Assembly (NCBI GenBank): GCA_041675205.1
Contig: JBAYUF010000001.1
Coordinates: forward strand, 20,863-84,862
Length of the DNA: 64,000 nucleotides
Reading direction: 5' to 3'
From: Patescibacteria group bacterium
Lineage (GTDB): Bacteria > Patescibacteriota > Patescibacteriia > GWA2-46-9
Of the stretch, positions 30,619 through 40,191 are shown in pieces. Numbering within the stretch: the first letter of the stretch is position 1; the number at the start of each line of letters is the position of its first letter. A program made the position numbers and the translations under genes. Below the pieces are notes generated by a model. That model ran no database searches. It saw only the letters and a program-made list of their open reading frames with translations, and was not told the origin of the DNA.

Positions 30619-33600
30619 ATGAACAGGCAGTATGGTAAGCCGCTGTTTCTGTTGCTCTCAGCGGTGTTTACTGTCTGTACTACAAGTGCTGCCCTTGGGA
30701 TTGATTACAGTAGTACCAGTTTTATATTGCGCGATCCTGTCGTGAGTGTTGGTGGTGGATATTCCTCTTCTTCTAGTTTCCAGTACACCAGCGTTCTTGG
30801 CCAAACAGTTATTGGTGAAAGCACCGCCGCGTCTACGATTGGTCGGTTTGGTTTTTTGTACTTCCCTTCGTTTATAACCGCCCCTCTCGTAACGCCAGTG
30901 GCTGGAGTTGAAGAAGTGGTGCTCTCATGGACGGCAGCTTCAGGAACGGTGGCCGTAGACCACTATGAACTTGGCACAGGAACTATTTCCGGTAGTGAAA
31001 CGTATCAGAACGTAGGGAGTGTGCTTACGTTCACAAAAACTGGACTCACTGGTGGTACGCTCTACTATTTTACCGTTCGAGCAGTGGATGCTACGGGCGA
31101 GGTACTGCTTACCTCGTCTGAGGTAAGTGCCACGCCCACCGCAACGACGACTCCACCGCCTTCGACTCCGACCGGTGGTGGAGGCGGTATTATTCCGTCA
31201 ACAGTAGGTGATGCGGCGCTTCCAGCTGCACCCCGCGCACAATTTGGTGAAGCGTTGGATACGGAAACTATTCGTTGGTATTTTTTTGATAGAGCAAATA
31301 ACGAAACTGGTTTTCAAATTCGAGACAGTGACGCCAACATCCGTGCCACGACACCACCGTGGGTAACAGAAGACAGTACGTATCTTGATGAAACTAGTTT
31401 AGCGGCAAACGTCGTGGCGGCAGGTCGGCGAGCGTATGCTACCAATGTGGCTGGGGTATCCGCCCCCTCAGACGTCTATGCTCCAGTGTATACGGCAATA
31501 GAAAGACCAGTGGCGCTCGAAAGTATCCTTACTGACGGCGTCCTCTACCTACGAGCCTCTTCAGAAGGGTACAGTGGTGGGTTCAGTAATATGAGTAGCG
31601 GCCGTTCAGGGTTACTGTTTGAAGATGAGACGCACGGCATTGCTTCGGGCTGGGTAAAGGCTGAGACATTCGCCTTTGCAAGTTTACCGAGCGGTACGTA
31701 TCAGTTTCGGGTTCGAGCTCGGAATGGTGACGGCATAGAAACGAATACGAGCGCTTCCATTGCAGTAGTCGTGCCCCCGTATACTCCGCCAGTGGATGCC
31801 GAAAAACCAATCATAGAAATTGTATCGCCTGCGAACGGCGCAACGATTACCACCGATACGCTCACTATTACTGGACGAACAAAGCCCGGGGCACGAGTAA
31901 CGCTTCGGTATGGAAATGTGGAAACCTTTACTGTTGCAGGAAGTAACGGTATTTTCCGTTTCACTTTAGCGAATCTAAAAAATGGTACACAGCTGGTGCG
32001 TTTCATGGCACGAGCGCAGAATGGTGCAATGAGCGATAGTGTTTCTCTTACCTTTGTGGTAGCGCTCCTTGATGATGAACCGGAAGTACCAACGGTAGTT
32101 ACGCCTGAACCGCCAACAGAAGTACCCCCTGGTGTCATCATTCCGCCTCGTGTTCCAGTGGAGCTGCCTGGACTGCCAACCCTGCCGCGTATAGAAGGAT
32201 TGCCTGAAAATATTGTCGACGGTAGTAAGGTAGTTACTGGGGCTATTAAGGCGGTACGTGATTTTCTTAATGTCGAAGCTCCGGCCGCAGTCGCTCAGCT
32301 AGGTAGCGATGTTCGTTCCTTGGCGTCACGGGTAACAAGACCAACCTTGGCGCCGGTTGTTGCATTAGCTCGTTCTGTTGCTGCATCGGTCCGCGCTCGA
32401 GTGGCACTGGTGGCTGGTGAATTCCGTATTGGAGTTCGCTTGGTTACACGCGACGCGCCACGGGCATTCAGTAGTGCTTTCCGTACCTTTGCCGAGTCGA
32501 CAGCGAATATATCCTTCTTCAAGAGCACTCAACCACCATATCTTGCCCGACTTTTTTTCTTCGCTCGCGCCGAGACTATACGTTCTATCGCGCAGCTCCG
32601 CGCATTCCGAGGGGTCTTCGTCCAGGGACTGCCAACGTTCGGTCGTGAGGTGCGGCAGCTCATTGTCGCCGTCAGTAAGCGTCTCCCCCCTGAAGAAACT
32701 AGTGCTGACCCCCTTATTGTGATGGTAATGCGCACTATTCGTGAAGATGTGCTCGTTGCTAGTACTGTTGCTCGTATGGTCGGTTCTCGAGCGGTAGTGC
32801 AAGTACCGGTGGCGCTGTCTGTTGCGCAGACGACGGTGCGTTCACTCTCTCCCGCACCGTACCTTCGTCAGGCATTTGAGCAAGGAACCCAAGATTTCTT
32901 GGCTGTTATCAGTGCCGCATTGCGAGCTGGCGATACTGCTCGTGAACGGCTGATTCTTTTGGCACGAGCATTGTCACCAGTACCTGCCGTGCGGCAGACC
33001 GTGGCACAGCTGCGACTTGATGCCGTTGCCTTGGCAGATGCCTTTGCCGTTAGTACGCGTAGCATCGTTACTGATACGAGAACGACAATTGGAGAATATC
33101 AGACAGCCGCGCAAGCTTTGGCCGCCGCCGTCACCCTACCGGATGTCGTAATTGATACGGAACAATTCCAAACCATCATTGCTTCTTATCTGACTGCGGG
33201 CACGGAAGCAATCACTCGAACGGGTACCTTTTTCACTACCGACGTTCCGAATATTGCCCGTACCTTTGTGGGTGATGTGCGGGTAGCTATTCGTCCGCCA
33301 AGTCGGGAGTCAATTATCGGATCCGGGCCGGACTCAGCTTCGCCGTTGGTTGCCCTGGTTCGTCCTCGACCAACCGAGGTGCCGTCAGCGCTTCCCGTTG
33401 ACAGTGTCGTGGCAAAATCAAATTTTGGAAACGTGACGTTATTGGCAGCAGAAGATACGGCTTTGCGACTTCCGGCTGGGTATAGTTTTAAATTATTTGT
33501 TCGTCCGTCGAAGCCAGTTACGGAGATTACCGGTGAACTTATTTTGACCGCAGCGCAGGGGAGTACAGACGTAGAGGATGTACCAAGCAATCTATTCTTA

Positions 33601-34155
33601 CGTATTCCCGCTGCCCAAGCAGCGGTCATAGCCCCCGTTGAGGCCCTGGCTTTGTCGGTCGCAACGTTTCCATACCGCCGTACAGAAACGGGTATTTATG
33701 CCGCCTATGCGAGTGTCCCCCCGCTTATTGGTAGTTATCAACTACTGACGCATCTGGCGTATGCTGATGGCACAGAGCGGACCATTGCTCGTGAAATTGA
33801 AACCGAGAGTTCAGGGTATCTCTATGCCATAACCGATCGCGGTCAACAAGAACGTATTCGTGGGGCCGTCGTTTCACTTCGAGTTGAACGTGAAGATCAA
33901 TCAGGTTTTGTTTTGTGGCCCGGCCCACTGTTTGATCAAAAGAATCCAGTCAAAACTGATGAAACCGGTGCCTATCAGTTTTTGCCGCCACCAGGGACGT
34001 ATCAACTACGTATTGAGCATCCAGATTATGAGTCTTATGAATCGGAGGTTATTAGTCTCGAATTTACCTCGCCGATTGCTCGCCCGATTGCGCTTACCCC
34101 GAAGCCACGAGGTTTCCTTGAGATTATCTCAGGGGCCATTCGCGATAGTCGCTAG
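30619..34155 (+). CDS. Large secreted protein (1178 aa) with a fibronectin-III-like domain and a C-terminal carboxypeptidase-regulatory-like (CarboxypepD_reg) domain
   Basis: Signal peptide KPLFLLLSAVFTVCTTSAA. FN3-like region VLSWTAASGTVAVDHYELGTG...LYYFTVRAVD. C-terminal ETGAYQFLPPPGTYQLRIEHPDYESYESEV in a CarboxypepD_reg-like fold. Confidence 0.6.
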   Translation: MNRQYGKPLFLLLSAVFTVCTTSAALGIDYSSTSFILRDPVVSVGGGYSSSSSFQYTSVLGQTVIGESTAASTIGRFGFLYFPSFITAPLVTPVAGVEEVVLSWTAASGTVAVDHYELGTGTISGSETYQNVGSVLTFTKTGLTGGTLYYFTVRAVDATGEVLLTSSEVSATPTATTTPPPSTPTGGGGGIIPSTVGDAALPAAPRAQFGEALDTETIRWYFFDRANNETGFQIRDSDANIRATTPPWVTEDSTYLDETSLAANVVAAGRRAYATNVAGVSAPSDVYAPVYTAIERPVALESILTDGVLYLRASSEGYSGGFSNMSSGRSGLLFEDETHGIASGWVKAETFAFASLPSGTYQFRVRARNGDGIETNTSASIAVVVPPYTPPVDAEKPIIEIVSPANGATITTDTLTITGRTKPGARVTLRYGNVETFTVAGSNGIFRFTLANLKNGTQLVRFMARAQNGAMSDSVSLTFVVALLDDEPEVPTVVTPEPPTEVPPGVIIPPRVPVELPGLPTLPRIEGLPENIVDGSKVVTGAIKAVRDFLNVEAPAAVAQLGSDVRSLASRVTRPTLAPVVALARSVAASVRARVALVAGEFRIGVRLVTRDAPRAFSSAFRTFAESTANISFFKSTQPPYLARLFFFARAETIRSIAQLRAFRGVFVQGLPTFGREVRQLIVAVSKRLPPEETSADPLIVMVMRTIREDVLVASTVARMVGSRAVVQVPVALSVAQTTVRSLSPAPYLRQAFEQGTQDFLAVISAALRAGDTARERLILLARALSPVPAVRQTVAQLRLDAVALADAFAVSTRSIVTDTRTTIGEYQTAAQALAAAVTLPDVVIDTEQFQTIIASYLTAGTEAITRTGTFFTTDVPNIARTFVGDVRVAIRPPSRESIIGSGPDSASPLVALVRPRPTEVPSALPVDSVVAKSNFGNVTLLAAEDTALRLPAGYSFKLFVRPSKPVTEITGELILTAAQGSTDVEDVPSNLFLRIPAAQAAVIAPVEALALSVATFPYRRTETGIYAAYASVPPLIGSYQLLTHLAYADGTERTIAREIETESSGYLYAITDRGQQERIRGAVVSLRVEREDQSGFVLWPGPLFDQKNPVKTDETGAYQFLPPPGTYQLRIEHPDYESYESEVISLEFTSPIARPIALTPKPRGFLEIISGAIRDSR

Positions 34156-34158
34156 GAA

Positions 34159-35211
34159 CTAGGTTAGTTCTTCTCCTTCAGTTGTTTCAATGGCTGCAAC
34201 GAGGGCACGAACATCTTGAGTCGCATTAGCATCGCAAATCAGCAAGGCGTCACCAGTGTCGATGATGATGAGATTATCAACACCAACAGTTGTTACCAGA
34301 CGATTCGATCGATTGATAACAAGACTGCGTGTTGTATTAACGCCAATGTGGCGGCCTTCGATGGTGTTCGATTCAGTAGCTGTTCGTTGCCAATCGCGAA
34401 CCGCCTGCCAGTGCCCGATGTCAGTCCAGGTAATTGGTGTGGGAAGAACGGCGAGCTTTATGTCGCGCTCGAGCACTGCTTTATCAATAGACTCAACCGC
34501 CGCCGCAGCATACGTTTGAGCGGTTACTGTACCTTGGAGTGTTGCGGCGATAATAGCACCTAAGTCTGGATTACAAGCAGCGATTCTTTCTAAAATAGTT
34601 TCAGCATGCCAGAGAAACATGCCGCTATTCCAAAGTGCGTTTCCCGCAGTTACGTAGCCAATTGCTGCATCTTTGTCAGGCTTTTCGTGGAATCGTCGAA
34701 CAGATAGCACGCCAGGCGCTAGTTCAGCACCAACTTCAATGTAGCCGTAGCCTGTTTCTGGATAGGTGGGAACAATGCCTAGGGTGAGAAGATAGTCAGG
34801 ATACGTAGCAAGAAAATCAAGGCCAACGAGAATTTTTTCTGCCAAGATTTCTGGGTTACTAATCAAATGGTCGGCGGAGAGAACCAAAACTGATTCGTTC
34901 GCAGGTACGCCACCACGAACCATAGAAGCCACACCGAAGCTTATTGCAGCTGCGGTCCCCCGTCCTTCGGGTTCTTGAAAAATGTGTTCTGGCCGCAGCC
35001 GTGGGAGTTGCTCGCGCACTTCAGTAAGCTGAAACTCATTAGAAACAACTACAAATATATTCGCAGCAGAAGTAAAAAGTTCAGCTCGCTCCGCTGTTGC
35101 CTGTAGGAGGCTCTGGTCTGATAAAATTCGTTGTAGCTGCTTAGGACTCTTTTTTCTAGAGAGTGGCCATAGACGAGTCCCTTTTCCGCCAGCGAGAATG
35201 AGAATTTGCAT
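34159..35211 (-). CDS. Mannose-1-phosphate guanylyltransferase-type sugar nucleotidyltransferase
   Basis: MQILILAGGKGTRLWPLSRKKSPKQL is the G-loop of NTP-transferases, and the C-terminal left-handed beta-helix region is present. The ORF-track start at 35238 is probably 9 codons too long. Confidence 0.8.
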   Translation of the reverse strand: MQILILAGGKGTRLWPLSRKKSPKQLQRILSDQSLLQATAERAELFTSAANIFVVVSNEFQLTEVREQLPRLRPEHIFQEPEGRGTAAAISFGVASMVRGGVPANESVLVLSADHLISNPEILAEKILVGLDFLATYPDYLLTLGIVPTYPETGYGYIEVGAELAPGVLSVRRFHEKPDKDAAIGYVTAGNALWNSGMFLWHAETILERIAACNPDLGAIIAATLQGTVTAQTYAAAAVESIDKAVLERDIKLAVLPTPITWTDIGHWQAVRDWQRTATESNTIEGRHIGVNTTRSLVINRSNRLVTTVGVDNLIIIDTGDALLICDANATQDVRALVAAIETTEGEELT

Positions 35212-35350
35212 AGATATGCAAGAGTATAACATAGCCATTAGAATTGCCGATGTGATACTAATGACGTATAGTTTTGGGGCTTACAATAGTCCGGTTTGTT
35301 CCGATAATTGGCAGTTACTGTACTGCCCTACACCGAGGAAGTGACACCAC

Positions 35351-35425
35351 GGCGCCGTGGTGAAGTGGTAACACTGCGGTCTGCAAAACCGCGATGCGGG
35401 GGTTCGATTCCCCCCGGCGCCTCCA
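35351..35425 (+). tRNA. tRNA-Cys (GCA)
   Basis: Acceptor GGCGCCG/CGGCGCC, anticodon stem GCGGT/ACCGC with loop CTGCAAA, T-arm GGGGG-TTCGATT-CCCCC, CCA encoded. Confidence 0.85.
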
Positions 35426-35449
35426 GCTAATAATTCCAACAAAATAGGT

Positions 35450-38164
35450 ATGTCATTTGAGAAGCCGCGTAGTCTAGTTATTTTTGACGGTAACGCGCTC
35501 TTACATCGGGCGTGGCACGCTTTGCCGCCACTCATGACTACCGACGGTCGCCTTGTGAACGCCGTTTACGGCTTCCTCCTCGTCTATTTGAAAGTCATAC
35601 GGGAGTTAAAACCAAGTCATCTGGTTGTGGCATTTGATCGGCCTGAACCAACTTTTCGACACGAGGCCTACGAGGCCTATAAAGCAACTCGCGAAAAGCA
35701 GCCGGATGAGCTGTATGACCAATTGCCAATTTTGAAACAGGTGTTAGCGGCGATGCGAGTTACGGTACTTGACGCAGTCGGTTTTGAGGCAGATGACGTG
35801 ATTGGTACTGTGGTAACGACGGCAAAGCGAGCAGGGTTAGCGAGTATCATTGTAACGGGAGATATGGACGAACTGCAGCTCGTTGACGAGCAGGTGCGTG
35901 TTTACACACTGCGTCATGGTTTGAGCGATACAATCCTCTATGACGTGCCAACAGTTCAGAGGCGCTACGGATTAGCGCCCAGTCAGCTTATTGATTATCG
36001 GGGATTAAAGGGAGACCCGTCGGACAATTTGCCAGGGGTGAAGGGTGTTGGTGAAAAAACAGCCACGTTACTTATTCAGAAGTTTCAAACCTTGGAAGGT
36101 TTATATGATGCACTAGAACGTGGTGAGCATGATGCGCCACTAAAACCAAAATTGATTGAACGTTTAGTCGAGCATAAGGCTGACGCTTTAATGACTCGTA
36201 AACTCTCAATTATTCGTTGTGATGTACCAGTTTCTTTTTCACTTGACGAGCTTGTTGTAGAAGCGCCTGATACAGCAACTGTTGTGGCGCTCTTTCAAGA
36301 GTTACAATTTTCTTCCCTCATCGCCAAATTACCAGGAGTGAATGATGCAGTTGTGATGGCGGCAGCGCGCGACAGCAAAGCCACTATCCCTGTCCAGTAT
36401 AAAACAATAACCGATGACCAATCGTTGCAAACGTTAGTAGCAGTACTCTGCCAGGAGTCTTGTTTAGCCATTGCCACAGTTACTAGTGGTGATGAGGATG
36501 ACTCAATTTTGCTTGGCATAAGTTTTTCCTGGGGGCCTGGTCTGGCGGCATATGTGGTGCTCCACGATGCGGCTCATCGGCTCGATGCATTGGCACCACT
36601 GTTAACAAATTCTGCACTTGCAAAGTGGGGTCATAATGTGAAGGATCAGTATAAAGTTTTAGAGCGGGCGGGGGTAACGTTGGCGGGCTTGGCTGGCGAT
36701 ACCATGCTGGCGGCATACCTTATTAATCCAGGCGTACGTGCCTACGACCTCAGTGCTCTGAGTTTTACTGAATTTGGTCATCGTCGAAGTCGAGCAGCTA
36801 TAGCCAAGAAGAGCAAAGCGTCCGTTGTGCCAGAAGTTTCACTGGCCGAGCTCTCAATAAATGCGTGTGAAGACGCTGACTATACCTGGCGTCTTCAGGA
36901 GCAATTTTTGCCAAAGTTGAAAGCGCATAATTTACAGGCTTTGTTTGATACCATCGAAGTGCCACTCGTTCCGGTGTTAGTTTCTATGGAGCAAGCAGGC
37001 GTTAAAATTGATGTGGCAGTCTTAAAAGCATTAGAAGATAGAGTAGCTGCGCAGATAGGAAAACGAGAAAAAGAAATATTCGCACTAACGAAAACAACGT
37101 TTAATATTGATTCTCCGCGTCAACTTGCAACAGTCTTGTTTGAAACTCTTAAACTGCCAACGGCTGGCATTGGTCGAACGAAGTCTGGTTACTCAACTGC
37201 GGCGCCAGAGTTAGAAAAATTAAAAGGGACGCACGAAGTTATTGCAGCGCTACTAGATTATCGCGAGCTTACGAAGTTGCAGTCTACGTATATCACCGCC
37301 TTACCTAAAATGGTGTCTCCTAAGAGTGGCCGGTTGCACACGACGTTCAGTCAAGTAGTCGCTGCTACTGGTCGATTGTCTTCTTTAAATCCGAATTTAC
37401 AAAATATTCCTGTGCGGAGTCCCTTGGGGGCACAGGTGCGTTCAGCGTTTGTTGCTGAGCCAGGAAATATACTTATTTCGGCTGACTATTCCCAAATTGA
37501 ATTACGTATTGCAGCGTCATTGTCTAAAGATCCAGTCATGCTTGCTATTTTTCAGGACGGAAAGGATATTCACCAGGCAACAGCGGCACGTATCCATGGC
37601 ATATCGGAAGCTGAGGTAACGAAAGAAATTCGTGCCACAGCGAAAGAGGTGAATTTTGGCGTGCTGTATGGTATGGGGGCGTGGGGGTTGGCAGCCCGAA
37701 CAGGGTTGTCGCCCGCCGCAGCTCGGGAGTTCATTGATCGCTACTTCACAACCTTCGCAGGATTACGAACCTACCTAGACGAGTTACTGGTGACAGCCAA
37801 GAAGCAAGGGTTTGTTGAAACACTGTACGGTCGTCGGCGATACGTACCTGAATTGTCTTCGGGTGCCGTCATGGTGCGGCAGGCCGGTGAACGAATAGCG
37901 GTCAATATGCCTATTCAAGGGACCGCAGCTGACATGATGAAACTGGCTATGATTGCCGTGTGGAAAGGGCTACCCAGTATTTCCCCGGCAGCGCGTCTGG
38001 TACTCCAAGTGCACGACGAATTAATTATTGAAGCACCTATTGCAAGTGTTGGAGCCGTTGGAGCGTTTCTTCATGATGAAATGATTGCTGCGGCCAAGCT
38101 CAGTGTGCCGGTGGTTGTTAACGTGGCCGCCGGACATTCCTGGGGGTCGCTAGAGGCGCAGTAA
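35450..38164 (+). CDS. polA: DNA polymerase I
   Basis: 5'-3' exonuclease N-terminus LVIFDGNALLHRAWHA, 3'-5' exonuclease-like middle region, and polymerase motifs RRxxKxxNFGxxYG (KEVNFGVLYG) and QVHDELIIE. Confidence 0.95.
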   Translation: MSFEKPRSLVIFDGNALLHRAWHALPPLMTTDGRLVNAVYGFLLVYLKVIRELKPSHLVVAFDRPEPTFRHEAYEAYKATREKQPDELYDQLPILKQVLAAMRVTVLDAVGFEADDVIGTVVTTAKRAGLASIIVTGDMDELQLVDEQVRVYTLRHGLSDTILYDVPTVQRRYGLAPSQLIDYRGLKGDPSDNLPGVKGVGEKTATLLIQKFQTLEGLYDALERGEHDAPLKPKLIERLVEHKADALMTRKLSIIRCDVPVSFSLDELVVEAPDTATVVALFQELQFSSLIAKLPGVNDAVVMAAARDSKATIPVQYKTITDDQSLQTLVAVLCQESCLAIATVTSGDEDDSILLGISFSWGPGLAAYVVLHDAAHRLDALAPLLTNSALAKWGHNVKDQYKVLERAGVTLAGLAGDTMLAAYLINPGVRAYDLSALSFTEFGHRRSRAAIAKKSKASVVPEVSLAELSINACEDADYTWRLQEQFLPKLKAHNLQALFDTIEVPLVPVLVSMEQAGVKIDVAVLKALEDRVAAQIGKREKEIFALTKTTFNIDSPRQLATVLFETLKLPTAGIGRTKSGYSTAAPELEKLKGTHEVIAALLDYRELTKLQSTYITALPKMVSPKSGRLHTTFSQVVAATGRLSSLNPNLQNIPVRSPLGAQVRSAFVAEPGNILISADYSQIELRIAASLSKDPVMLAIFQDGKDIHQATAARIHGISEAEVTKEIRATAKEVNFGVLYGMGAWGLAARTGLSPAAAREFIDRYFTTFAGLRTYLDELLVTAKKQGFVETLYGRRRYVPELSSGAVMVRQAGERIAVNMPIQGTAADMMKLAMIAVWKGLPSISPAARLVLQVHDELIIEAPIASVGAVGAFLHDEMIAAAKLSVPVVVNVAAGHSWGSLEAQ

Positions 38165-38167
38165 TTT

Positions 38168-39106
38168 ATGGTGTTTCTCATTAGCGGTCCTGATACATTG
38201 CGAGCCCGCCGTAAGGTGTCAGAGATAAAGGCGAAATTTATACATGATGTTCCGAATGGCGCCGTCACCCGTATTGCTGGTGAGGGTATTACTGTTCGCA
38301 GTGTCCAAGAAAACTTTGGGGCTGCGCCGCTTCTCGCCCGTCGGCAACTCGTCATTGTGTCGGACCTCCTGCTCGTGAAAGAAGTAGCCGTTCATAGTGC
38401 GGTTGCTGCGTTTTTGGAGCGATTACAGCAAGCGAATGACAGCAATGTCATTGTTTTTTTTGAAACTGAAATAAAACAGGCCGGGCCACTCCTCAATTGG
38501 TTGAAAGCGAATGCGCTGTGCCAGGCGTTCCCAGTGCTAGATAGTCGGCAGATTGCTGCGTGGGTCGTGGCAGCCTGCAAAGAACGAGGACGAGCAATTA
38601 CCCCTGGTGCTGTGGCGCAACTTGTTACCGGTAGTGGTGGTGACAATTGGCGGTTGCTGAATGAAATAGAAAAATTGCATGCCTATGTACCAGTCAACGC
38701 GCCGATTACGGAAGACGTTGTTGCAATTCTCTTTACGCCTACGGGCGAAGACAAAATTTTTGCAATGATTGACGCCGTCATCCGAGGAGAAACCGATACC
38801 GCAAGCTCGCTCCTCAATCGGCTCCTCGCCGATGGCGCCGCCGCAGAGAACATCGTAAGCCTGCTCGAGCAGCAGTTACGTACCGTGCTTCTCTTGCAGC
38901 TTGATGCCTCTGGGTCGGCATTACGTGGTGTGCATCCGTATGTAATACAAAAACTTCTTCCCGTCGCTCGACGGTCAGGAATGCTGGAAATTAGAAACGC
39001 CTACGCGGCATTAGCCGAGGTAGACGTTTCTATTAAGCAGGGGACAGTTGACGCAAAGACAGGATTGCTGCAGTTCGCTATGACGTCTTTTGCCAAAGTT
39101 TCATAA
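38168..39106 (+). CDS. holA: DNA polymerase III delta subunit (HolA-like)
   Basis: Size, position directly after polA, and delta-subunit-like N-terminal region. Moderate sequence signal only. Confidence 0.65.
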   Translation: MVFLISGPDTLRARRKVSEIKAKFIHDVPNGAVTRIAGEGITVRSVQENFGAAPLLARRQLVIVSDLLLVKEVAVHSAVAAFLERLQQANDSNVIVFFETEIKQAGPLLNWLKANALCQAFPVLDSRQIAAWVVAACKERGRAITPGAVAQLVTGSGGDNWRLLNEIEKLHAYVPVNAPITEDVVAILFTPTGEDKIFAMIDAVIRGETDTASSLLNRLLADGAAAENIVSLLEQQLRTVLLLQLDASGSALRGVHPYVIQKLLPVARRSGMLEIRNAYAALAEVDVSIKQGTVDAKTGLLQFAMTSFAKVS

Positions 39107-39338
39107 GGCGAGATTTTGTTCTCGCTGCCGCATTTTTTTTGAGCACCTTTTTCTTCACTGATTTATCAAGCATTTGAACAGTTGCTTTCAGCAGACTTTC
39201 TGCCTCGGCACTTTTTGTGCTCGCCGCTTTGCGTGCATTTTTCAACGTACGCTTTAGGGTCTCTCGAACAATCTTATTTTGTGCGGTGCGCTTCTTCGTT
39301 TGTCGCAACGCCTTCATTGCATTCGGTTTTCGAGGCAT
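39078..39338 (-). CDS. rpsT: 30S ribosomal protein S20
   Basis: MPRKPNAMKALRQTKKRTAQNKIVRETLKRTLK. Its 3' end overlaps the holA 3' end in a convergent arrangement. Confidence 0.9.
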   Translation of the reverse strand: MPRKPNAMKALRQTKKRTAQNKIVRETLKRTLKNARKAASTKSAEAESLLKATVQMLDKSVKKKVLKKNAAARTKSRLMKLWQKTS

Positions 39339-39398
39339 GTGTTTGTTGGGAAGTAAGATTCAATAAGTAGCGCTAGCATAGCAGTTTCCTTTGGAACG

Positions 39399-40151
39399 TC
39401 AACACTTTTTCTTATCTAACGTCCCTCGTTCGTTTTGAACGGCTGTTGTTGGGAGTAATCGTTCCAGAATGGTTCGCTCCGTCAGTTCAGTCACAGTAAC
39501 CGCATTTTTCACTGAAAAAGGTCCAATTTCTGTACGACGAAGCTCTATAATGTAGCCACCCGTGCCAAGCGCTACCCCCAGATCGCGCCCTACTGCTCGT
39601 ACGTATGTTCCAGATGAGCACGTCAGACTGATTTTTACGTCGTTATTGCTGTAGGTAATAAGTGCCAAGGCAGTAATCGTAACCGGCACGGGTCGAAGTG
39701 TCACTGGTTTACCTTGGCGTGCGTGAATGTAACTTGCGACCCCGTTAATTTTCTTAGCAGAAAATGGCGGCGGAAGCTGCATGGTGGTGCCGATAAATTT
39801 TTCGAGCGCTTTACGGACGGTTTCTTCCTTTGGTGGGGTAAACCCAGCCGTTGGTATTGGCGTCGCCTCGGCGTCGTCGGTGGCTGTAGTTGCCCCAAGC
39901 CGGATAGTTGTTTCGTAAGATTTAGTAAGTCCCAAAAGTTGTCCGAGTGCTTTTGTTGACGAACCAATACCGAGGATGAGGAGACCACTCGCATAGGGAT
40001 CAAGCGTGCCAGCGTGACCAACCTTTATTTTTTTCCCATATGGGCGGAGCAGGCGTCGTACCGTGGCGACAACATCATGCGACGTCGGCCCGACCGGCTT
40101 ATCGACCAGCAAGAATCCACTCGGTTGATTGTTTGAGGTCATGGTAGTCAT
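39399..40151 (-). CDS. truB: tRNA pseudouridine(55) synthase TruB
   Basis: GFLLVDKPVGPTSHDVV...KVGHAGTLDPYASGLLILGIG. The start is trimmed to MTTMTSNNQ, because the longer ORF-track N-terminus overlaps infB on the opposite strand. Confidence 0.85.
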   Translation of the reverse strand: MTTMTSNNQPSGFLLVDKPVGPTSHDVVATVRRLLRPYGKKIKVGHAGTLDPYASGLLILGIGSSTKALGQLLGLTKSYETTIRLGATTATDDAEATPIPTAGFTPPKEETVRKALEKFIGTTMQLPPPFSAKKINGVASYIHARQGKPVTLRPVPVTITALALITYSNNDVKISLTCSSGTYVRAVGRDLGVALGTGGYIIELRRTEIGPFSVKNAVTVTELTERTILERLLPTTAVQNERGTLDKKKC

Positions 40152-40191
40152 TGTTGACGAAAAGGGTAATTTCTCGTATATTGAAGACCCT

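Noticed and set aside
35281-35535. 84-aa minus-strand ORF
   Set aside because: Overlaps the tRNA-Cys gene and the polA start region, so it is an artefact.
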